From a virus: DNA of 32,038 nt. The position numbers and the translations under genes were made by a program. Each line of letters opens with the position of its first letter. Positions within the stretch are counted from its first letter, which is position 1. Below, in pieces: positions 24,628 to 30,107 of the stretch. The notes beneath the pieces are model-generated. The model had not been told where the DNA came from and searched no databases. It saw nothing but the letters and a program-made list of their open reading frames with translations. The DNA is taken from the IMG/VR virus record IMGVR_UViG_3300029241_000080; one strand, given 5' to 3'.

Positions 24628-25385
24628 AGCGGCAGGCCTCCTCCCTCCGCCGGTTGCTCTGCCGGCGCGTGTGGCTCGTCCTCCCAGCGCCGCTGGTTTA
24701 GGTATGTAGCCGCATACGGGATGCCCACACCCCGCTGCCACTCCTCGCTGGCCATCTGGCGCTTGAGCGCTCTGGCGATGTCATCGATCAGCGCATCGTC
24801 CGGCTTGAGCTTGTCCCACGCGGCCGCGGCAGCCCTTGGCTTTTCGCCCCGTGGGTAGTACTTCCAAAACGCCGCGAAGCGTTCCGGCTTCCACGTCGGT
24901 TCTCGCCCTTGCTCTTTTTTCGGCGCTCGACGCCCCCTCTGGGGGGTAAGGGGGGTATTAGTATCTAAGTACTTGGTATCTTTAGTATTTGGTTGCGTTG
25001 GATTTCCCGTTGACGGGTTATCCGTCGACGGGTTTCCCGACGACGGTGACACCGTTGTGGGATTATCCGACGACGGTGTCGCATCAGCGCCCAGCGGCGC
25101 CTCGTGCACGATGTACTCGTTGCCCGCAAAAGATCCGTCCGCCGCGTGCGTCTGGCGGCGCTCAATGTAGCCCGCCTGCTCCAGCTCCACGATCGCGGAC
25201 CGGATGGCGTCCTTGCCCTCCTTGCAGATCCGAGCGAGGCCCTCGAGCGTATAATCCCAGTCGTCAGGCAGCCGCAGGATCTTGCTCAGCAGGCCGATCG
25301 CCTTGAGGCTCAGGCGGGGATCGTCCAAATGGCGATTGCTCATGACTGTGTAATTGCCTGTTTTCTCCACGCGCATGACGGCCAT
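24618..25385 (-). CDS. Replication initiator / replisome organiser (winged-HTH N-terminus, DnaD-like C-terminus)
   Basis: The N-terminus (YTVMSNRHLDDPRLSLKAIGLLSKIL...YIERRQ) is wHTH-like. A Pro/Ser/Thr/Asn low-complexity linker follows. The C-terminus (FWKYYPRGEKPRAAAAAWDKL...YLNQRRWEDE) is typical of phage DnaD-like organisers. It lies upstream of dnaB. Confidence 0.75.
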   Translation of the reverse strand: MAVMRVEKTGNYTVMSNRHLDDPRLSLKAIGLLSKILRLPDDWDYTLEGLARICKEGKDAIRSAIVELEQAGYIERRQTHAADGSFAGNEYIVHEAPLGADATPSSDNPTTVSPSSGNPSTDNPSTGNPTQPNTKDTKYLDTNTPLTPQRGRRAPKKEQGREPTWKPERFAAFWKYYPRGEKPRAAAAAWDKLKPDDALIDDIARALKRQMASEEWQRGVGIPYAATYLNQRRWEDEPHAPAEQPAEGGGLPLWT

Positions 25386-25433
25386 CAAAAATCCCCCCTT
25401 GCCAAATCAAAGCTTTTGCAGTAAGATAAAAGC

Positions 25434-25497
25434 GTAGTAGCTGCTACACTTTTGCACCTGGAGTCGTGCCCGTCGCCGCGGGCACGGCTCTTTTTTT
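25434..25497 (+). ncRNA. Candidate about 64-nt antisense small RNA (countertranscript) upstream of the replication initiator gene
   Basis: A plus-strand promoter TTGCCA (25399-25404)-17 nt-TAAGAT (25422-25427) is followed by an intrinsic terminator: stem 25465-25472/25479-25486, then T7. No plus-strand ORF is present. The region is antisense to the minus-strand intercistronic leader. Confidence 0.35.
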
Positions 25498-25512
25498 GCC
25501 CCATCATCATAC

Positions 25513-25800
25513 TCACACCACCCTCATGCCGGGGTAGTACTCCGGCACCGCGTTTTTGATCGGCCGGCCGCGCTTGCGCTTTTCCGGCTGCGGCTTCTGG
25601 CGCGGCTGCGGTGCGCAGACGGCTGCCGGTGCCGCTGCGATGCGGCAGCGCTCGACGTAGGCGTCTACGTCCGACTGGTAGTAGCGCAGCGACTTGCCCA
25701 GCTTGTAGCACGGCAGCTCGCCGTCCGTCACAAGCCGCCCGACGGACGACCGCGAGATCGACAGCTGATCGCACACGTCCTTAGTCGTCAGCATGGCCAT
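25513..25800 (-). CDS. Excisionase-family / MerR-like HTH DNA-binding protein
   Basis: 95 aa from ATG 25800, with GGAGGGG upstream. MLTTKDVCDQLSISRSSVGRLVTDGELPCYKLGKSLRY matches the HTH_17 (excisionase-type) pattern, and the C-terminus is basic. Confidence 0.7.
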   Translation of the reverse strand: MAMLTTKDVCDQLSISRSSVGRLVTDGELPCYKLGKSLRYYQSDVDAYVERCRIAAAPAAVCAPQPRQKPQPEKRKRGRPIKNAVPEYYPGMRVV

Positions 25801-26251
25801 CCTCGTCCCCTCCTTTTGCGTACTTAAGCTGCATCGCCGCCTGCACGATCCCGTCGAGCTCGCGTGTGATCCGCTCGAAGTCCGGTCGCTCGTCCTGGTC
25901 GATGCGGCCATCCTCGGCAATGTCAACGAGGCGGTCGATGCGGTGCGAGCTGTCAAAGTCGCGGATCCGGCGCAGCAGCTGGATCACGGCCTGCGGCAGC
26001 GCGATGGTGTCCACCTGCGGCAGCAGGTCGGCCGCGACGCGGCTCTTGTTGAGCAGATGCCAGTAGCCGAGCACCGGCGCGCCGGGCACCTCGACCATCC
26101 GCGTCACGACGTCGTCAGACGGCATCCCGCGCCCGGACTCGTACAGGCGCACGCTCTCGACGGAGATGTCCAGCGCCTCCGCCCAGCGCTCCTGCGTCAT
26201 GCCGGCAATGCGCCTGCCGGTTTGGCTGATATTGTGGTAGTTGTGCTGCAT
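25781..26251 (-). CDS. XRE-family HTH transcriptional regulator
   Basis: 156 aa. MTQERWAEALDISVESVRLYESG is an HTH_3 motif, followed by a C-terminal helical domain. It is in the early operon. Confidence 0.75.
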   Translation of the reverse strand: MQHNYHNISQTGRRIAGMTQERWAEALDISVESVRLYESGRGMPSDDVVTRMVEVPGAPVLGYWHLLNKSRVAADLLPQVDTIALPQAVIQLLRRIRDFDSSHRIDRLVDIAEDGRIDQDERPDFERITRELDGIVQAAMQLKYAKGGDEDGHADD

Positions 26252-26258
26252 GGTGTTT

Positions 26259-26474
26259 TTACGCCTCCATTGCTAAGATACTGGTATCGAGTTTGTTGCG
26301 CAGCTCCTCAATGCGCAGTGCTTCTAGCTCCGCCGTAGCAAGCACTTTGCGGAGCGTTTCGTCCATCTCCGGCGGCCTGTCGGGCACGCTGAGTAATACC
26401 TTGCGCAAATTAAGGATGTATTCGTTTTGTGCCTGTAACGCCAAGCTAAAGACAAAGTCAACGGTAACAGACAT
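26259..26474 (-). CDS. Hypothetical early protein
   Basis: 71-aa ORF with AAAGGAG 6 nt upstream of ATG 26474. It is the second gene of the early operon. Confidence 0.5.
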   Translation of the reverse strand: MSVTVDFVFSLALQAQNEYILNLRKVLLSVPDRPPEMDETLRKVLATAELEALRIEELRNKLDTSILAMEA

Positions 26475-26495
26475 GTTTTTGCTCCTTTCTGCCGG

Positions 26496-26687
26496 TCAGG
26501 CCGGCGCTTTGTACAGGTCGTCGATCGTGCAGCTCAATGCCGCCGCGATCGCGGGGAGCTTGGATGCCGGCGGGTAAGACTTGCCGGACTCCCATGCAAC
26601 GACGGCCGTGCGACATACGCCAACCTTTGCCGCCAAATCCGCTTGTGTAAGGCCTGCAGCCTTACGGGCGATGATAATTCCGTGCAT
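26496..26687 (-). CDS. Cro-like XRE-family HTH regulator
   Basis: 63 aa containing AAGLTQADLAAKVGVCRTAVVAWESGKSYP (HTH_3). It is the first gene of the leftward operon, divergent from the repressor gene. AGGAGGTG lies 5 nt upstream. Confidence 0.8.
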   Translation of the reverse strand: MHGIIIARKAAGLTQADLAAKVGVCRTAVVAWESGKSYPPASKLPAIAAALSCTIDDLYKAPA

Positions 26688-26708
26688 AAAAACACCTCCT
26701 GCTGGGCG

Positions 26709-26800
26709 AATGTCATAGTTTGCGACCTTGCAAACAGCAATGTCACCGTTTATGACATCATTTTACCCCCAAAAAACGCAAATGTCAATATCTTTGTCAT
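26709..26800. promoter_or_regulatory. Operator-like repeats of the genetic switch
   Basis: The palindrome ATGTCA-N7-TGACAT (26740-26758) overlaps the predicted early transcription start. There are further (A)ATGTCA copies at 26709, 26781 and 26794. The palindrome GTTTGC-N6-GCAAAC lies at 26718-26735, and TTGCAAAC recurs at 26819. Confidence 0.5.
26760..26788 (-). promoter_or_regulatory. Early (cro-side) sigma-70-type promoter TTGACA-17-TAAAAT
   Basis: Read on the minus strand, the -35 element TTGACA is at 26788..26783 and the -10 element TAAAAT at 26765..26760, with an exact 17-nt spacer. It lies about 70 nt upstream of the cro-like ATG. Confidence 0.7.
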
Positions 26801-26818
26801 TATTTTTTTGTCCGGATA

Positions 26819-26847
26819 TTGCAAACGTCAAAAATTGTGACTATTAT
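26819..26847 (+). promoter_or_regulatory. Repressor-side sigma-70-type promoter TTGCAA-17-TATTAT
   Basis: The -35 element is at 26819-26824 and the -10 element at 26842-26847, with a 17-nt spacer. The first start codons (GTG 26856, ATG 26859, ATG 26865) lie only about 9-18 nt after the -10, so the mRNA has a very short leader or none. Confidence 0.65.
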
Positions 26848-26855
26848 TTGATCGG

Positions 26856-27812
26856 GTGATGAAAATGCAAAATCTTAGGTATCTGCGCGACGCAAAAAAT
26901 ATTACGCAGAGCAAGCTGGCCGGCATGCTATCGGTGGCCAGGACGACGGTGACCATGTGGGAGACCGGCGACCACGAACCGGGACTTAAAACAATGCAAA
27001 AGGTGGCCGACATGTTCGACGTCCCGGTCGAGTTTTTGGGCGGAACTGGAATTTTTGAGAATTGGGACACCATCGTTGACCACTTTGCGGAGATATACGA
27101 TGCGATAAGCAGCGACATACCGGCGGACCTGTACATGCACAATTTTTCGGGCGAAATCACTTTAAAAAGTTGGCTGCTTAAAATTATGGTGTACGGCAAG
27201 CAAGACCTCGCAATAATTAATTGGTTTAAATTTGCAATCGCAAGCGTCGATTTTGAGGCGGGAGACGACGGTGGCACGGCCACGCACGTCGTATACACAA
27301 AGCAGTTTGCGTCAATAATTAAAATGCATACCAGTAAATATTTGAGTAGTGAGACGGCGCGCATCGTGTCCTATGATGATGCAATGCGGAATTTTATGGA
27401 CGCGCACGCCCCAGGTGATGCGATTAGAATCCCCGTCCTTGGATACGTAGCAGCCGGGATCCCGATCGAAGCGATCGAGGACATCGTCGGCTGGGAGGAC
27501 ATCTCCAAGGTGCGGTATGGTAGCGGCGAGTACTTCGGCCTGCAGATACAGGGGCACAGCATGGAGCCCAAGATCTCGGACGGCGACACCGTCATCGTCC
27601 GCCGCCAGCCGGACGTGGAAAGCGGAGACATCGCCGTCGTGCTTGTCAACGGCGACGACGCGACGGTCAAAAAAGTCAAAAAGAGCCCGCAGGGCGTGAC
27701 GCTGATACCCAGCAATCCCGCCTACGAGCCCATGTACTACACAAACGCAGAGATCGAGAGCTTACCCGTGCAGATCCTCGGCCGTGTGGTCGAGCTGCGC
27801 GCAAAATTTTGA
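26856..27812 (+). CDS. Prophage repressor, LexA/cI-like: XRE HTH plus S24 peptidase with an extra central domain
   Basis: The N-terminal HTH_3 is NITQSKLAGMLSVARTTVTMWETG. The C-terminal S24 domain has the cleavage-site-like YVAAGIP, catalytic Ser in QGHSMEP and Lys in ATVKKV. About 130 aa of AT-rich sequence lies between the two. The start is ambiguous (26856, 26859 or 26865). Confidence 0.88.
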   Translation: MMKMQNLRYLRDAKNITQSKLAGMLSVARTTVTMWETGDHEPGLKTMQKVADMFDVPVEFLGGTGIFENWDTIVDHFAEIYDAISSDIPADLYMHNFSGEITLKSWLLKIMVYGKQDLAIINWFKFAIASVDFEAGDDGGTATHVVYTKQFASIIKMHTSKYLSSETARIVSYDDAMRNFMDAHAPGDAIRIPVLGYVAAGIPIEAIEDIVGWEDISKVRYGSGEYFGLQIQGHSMEPKISDGDTVIVRRQPDVESGDIAVVLVNGDDATVKKVKKSPQGVTLIPSNPAYEPMYYTNAEIESLPVQILGRVVELRAKF

Positions 27813-27814
27813 TT

Positions 27815-27831
27815 GTGTCCAAAGTGGACAC
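27815..27831. repeat. 17-bp palindrome GTGTCCA-AAG-TGGACAC, copy e (between the repressor stop and the HIRAN SD)
   Basis: Exact match. It starts 3 nt after the repressor TGA and abuts GGGAGGAG. Together with copy f it forms a 21-bp perfect inverted repeat (27814-27834). Confidence 0.95.
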
Positions 27832-27848
27832 GGGAGGAGAGTCAAAAA

Positions 27849-28625
27849 ATGAAAAAGTGGTATCAGTACTGGACAGTCTGGGTGGCGATTGCACTGCTTG
27901 CTGGGTCTTGGGTGCCCGTATGGATCTTTGGCAATCAGGCGAGCGACGTTGTGCTCGGCGCTATCGTCTACGCGCTGGCGTTGGTTTCCATTGTGTTTTT
28001 TGTCGTGTTTGCTGTGCAGTATAATCGCGCAAAAAAGGCGGCGCGCGAAGCTGCCGACGCAGCGCACGCTGCCGAGCTGCGCGAGCAGTGGGCGCAAAAG
28101 CAGGCGGACGCAGCCGCATCCAAGGCAGCAGCCGAAAAAACGCCCGCAAAGCCCCGCGCAAAGTTTGAGCGCCACAAGGTCGCCGGCACGTCCTACCATC
28201 TGGATGCGATCATGGAGCTGGCCGAGGATAACCCAGACTACGACATGACACAGCGTGAGATTATCGACGACGGCCTGACCGACGAGCGCATCTATCAGTA
28301 TACTTTTACCGACGGGCCGGTCGAGCTGGTCGATGACCCGGGCAACGAGTACGACCCCAACGCCATCAAGGTGCTGGTCGCCGGGCAGCACATCGGCTAC
28401 ATCAAGCGCGGCAGCACCGGCCGCGTCCATAACCTGCAGCGCACCGGGCGCGTGCTCGGCGTCACGGCAGAGATCTACGGCGGCAAGTACAAGGTGGTGA
28501 TCTGTGACGACGACGATGACGGCGCAGAGCACTACGATCTGATCAGAGACGAGACGGGATACGGCGCAGCCATCGAGATCCTCGTCCGCCCGGAGCAGGA
28601 GCCCGTGTCCACTTTGGACACATAA
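27849..28625 (+). CDS. Membrane-anchored HIRAN-domain protein (lysogeny-module accessory gene)
   Basis: 258 aa from ATG 27849, with GGGAGGAG upstream. It has two N-terminal TM helices (WTVWVAIALLAGSWVPVWIF, VVLGAIVYALALVSIVFFVVFAV) and an Ala/Lys/Glu-rich linker. The C-terminal HIRAN-like motifs are KVAGTSYH ... LVDDPGNEYDPNAIKVLVAGQHIGYIKR. Confidence 0.75.
   Translation: MKKWYQYWTVWVAIALLAGSWVPVWIFGNQASDVVLGAIVYALALVSIVFFVVFAVQYNRAKKAAREAADAAHAAELREQWAQKQADAAASKAAAEKTPAKPRAKFERHKVAGTSYHLDAIMELAEDNPDYDMTQREIIDDGLTDERIYQYTFTDGPVELVDDPGNEYDPNAIKVLVAGQHIGYIKRGSTGRVHNLQRTGRVLGVTAEIYGGKYKVVICDDDDDGAEHYDLIRDETGYGAAIEILVRPEQEPVSTLDT
28605..28621. repeat. 17-bp palindrome GTGTCCA-CTT-TGGACAC, copy f (last codons of the HIRAN gene)
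   Basis: Exact match. It encodes V-S-T-L-D-T followed by the stop. The 21-bp sequence at 28602-28622 is the exact reverse complement of 27814-27834. Confidence 0.95.
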
Positions 28626-28631
28626 CAGTAA

Positions 28632-28667
28632 GCGCCCGGTGCAGTCACACCGGGCGCGAACTTTTAC
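28632..28667 (+). terminator. Intrinsic terminator after the HIRAN gene
   Basis: A 10-bp GC-rich stem GCGCCCGGTG/CACCGGGCGC (28632-28641/28648-28657) is followed by GAACTTTTAC, a weak U tract. Confidence 0.5.
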
Positions 28668-28673
28668 GAAGCT

Positions 28674-29843
28674 ATGCAAAATTATCTTAAAAAAAAGATT
28701 AAGGACGAGCGCGGCGTGTATATCGCCGTCTACGGCAAGACGCCGCAGGAGCTGGAGCGCAAGGTCGCCGAGCGCCTGGTCGAGGTCGAGCGCCGCACGC
28801 AGCTCGCGGAAAATCCGCTTGTGTGGCAGTATGCGCAGGCATGGTACAAGCTGTACACGCCGCGCCTGAGCGACAGCCGCAAGTCGGACTATGCCATCGC
28901 CATCAACCGCCACATCTGTCCCATCATCGGCGCGCGGCATATGCTCGACGTGACGCCGGGCGACATCGCCGACGTCATGCTGGCCTGTGCGGATCTGTCG
29001 CGCAGCTCGCAGGACAAGATCGTCTGCGCGCTTAAAAAAATTTTTTCCGCGGGCGAAAAGGCCGGCATCGTGCGTGTAAATCCGTGCGTGGATCTGCGCG
29101 CAGGCGGAAAGCGTGCAGCGGAAAAAGAGGCGCTTACCCGCCAGCAGATGCGCACGCTGGAGGACGCGGTCGCTGGCACGCGCATCTATCCCTTTGTGAT
29201 GATCGGGCTGTACGCCGGGCTGCGCCGCGAGGAGATTCTCGGCCTGCAGTGGGACTGCGTGCACCTCGACGGCGCCGCACCGTACATCTCCGTGCGCCGC
29301 GCGCTGCGCTGGGTGCACAATCAGCCGGTCGTCTCGGGCGAGCTCAAGAGCGCGGCCGCCAGGCGCGACGTGCCAATCCCGCCCACGCTCGTCGGCTGCC
29401 TCGCCGACCTGCAGCGCACCGCGACCGGAGACTATGTCATCAGCAGCAGCGACGGCCAGCCGTGGAGTATGACGGCGTACCGCAACGCCTGGCGGTACAT
29501 CACGCGCCGCCAGACCGGCACGGCCAAGCGCACGGAGCGCGGCGAGACCGTGCTCCGCGAAAAAAAGCTCGGCGAGACCGTGCGTAACTCGCGCGTGCGG
29601 ATCACGATCGACTTTGCCGTAACGCCGCATATCCTGCGCCACACATACATCACAAACCTGATCCTGGCCGGTGCAAACATCAAGGTGGTGCAGTATCTGG
29701 CCGGGCACTCCAAGGTGGAGACAACGCTCAACATCTACACGCATCTCATTGAGCGCAGCCCGGTGGCCAATCTCGGCGCGGTGCTGGCAGCTTTCCCCGC
29801 GCCGGAAATCTCGGAAAATATATCCCCAAAAATATCCCCATGA
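28674..29843 (+). CDS. int: Tyrosine integrase
   Basis: 389 aa carrying the catalytic signature GLRREEILGL (Arg), HILRHTYITN (His-x-x-Arg), LAGHSKVETT and NIYTHL (Tyr). It is adjacent to the attP-like region. Confidence 0.92.
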   Translation: MQNYLKKKIKDERGVYIAVYGKTPQELERKVAERLVEVERRTQLAENPLVWQYAQAWYKLYTPRLSDSRKSDYAIAINRHICPIIGARHMLDVTPGDIADVMLACADLSRSSQDKIVCALKKIFSAGEKAGIVRVNPCVDLRAGGKRAAEKEALTRQQMRTLEDAVAGTRIYPFVMIGLYAGLRREEILGLQWDCVHLDGAAPYISVRRALRWVHNQPVVSGELKSAAARRDVPIPPTLVGCLADLQRTATGDYVISSSDGQPWSMTAYRNAWRYITRRQTGTAKRTERGETVLREKKLGETVRNSRVRITIDFAVTPHILRHTYITNLILAGANIKVVQYLAGHSKVETTLNIYTHLIERSPVANLGAVLAAFPAPEISENISPKISP

Positions 29844-29882
29844 CGCCGCAGCGGGCACAAAATATCCGCTTTTTTATCCCCA
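29820..29882 (+). repeat. Arm-type direct repeats (ATATCCCCA family), left of the att core
   Basis: ATATCCCCA at 29820-29828 and 29832-29840, ATATCCGC at 29862-29869, and TTATCCCCA at 29874-29882, all in the same orientation. The first two overlap the integrase 3' end. Confidence 0.6.
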
Positions 29883-29924
29883 CGCAGAGGGCATACTGAC
29901 GCAATGCGGGCGCACTGCAAAACG

Positions 29925-29964
29925 CAAAAAACCCGGCAATCTCAATGGATTGCCGGGTTTTTTG
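29925..29964. terminator. Bidirectional intrinsic terminator
   Basis: An 11-bp stem ACCCGGCAATC/GATTGCCGGGT (29931-29941/29948-29958) is flanked by an A6 run on one side and a T-rich run on the other. Confidence 0.75.
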
Positions 29965-29965
29965 C

Positions 29966-30012
29966 TGGTGGACGATACAGGACTCGAACCTGTGACCCTC
30001 CGCACGTCAAGC
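29966..30012 (-). other. attP core candidate: 3' portion of a tRNA gene (anticodon loop to CCA)
   Basis: The minus strand reads GC-TTGACGT-GCGGA-GGGTC-ACAGG-TTCGAGT-CCTGT-ATCGTCC-A-CCA. This gives the anticodon-stem 3' half, variable loop, T arm, acceptor 3' half and CCA. No matching 5' acceptor or D arm is present upstream, so it is a fragment. The loop TTGACGT would imply a GAC (Val) anticodon, with low confidence. Confidence 0.65.
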
Positions 30013-30071
30013 ATGGTGTGCATTGCCACTATGCATTGGTATTACTGCATTGCGAGATATGGCGCAAATAT

Positions 30072-30091
30072 ATATCCCCATGATTATCCCT
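30072..30091 (+). repeat. Arm-type direct repeats, right of the att core
   Basis: ATATCCCCA at 30072-30080 and TTATCCCT at 30084-30091. The extended match TATCCC-ATG-C-CCGCAG also occurs at 29834-29851. Confidence 0.55.
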
Positions 30092-30107
30092 ATGCCACCG
30101 CAGTTTG

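Noticed and set aside
26828-27364. 178-aa hydrophobic-looking minus-strand ORF in the AT-rich part of the repressor gene
   Set aside because: It overlaps the repressor HTH domain, and the repressor frame runs continuously from the HTH to the S24 motifs. It has no SD or promoter of its own, so it was treated as an antisense artefact.
27762-29858. 698-aa minus-strand ORF covering the HIRAN and integrase genes
   Set aside because: It is antisense to two plus-strand genes with clear domain signatures, and shows the same high-GC artefact composition (Arg/Ala/Leu/Gly-rich).
29966-30040. A complete tRNA gene
   Set aside because: Only the anticodon loop, the 3' half of the anticodon stem, the variable loop, the T arm, the 3' acceptor strand and CCA are present. 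Upstream sequence has no complementary 5' acceptor strand or D arm, so it is an att-core fragment.
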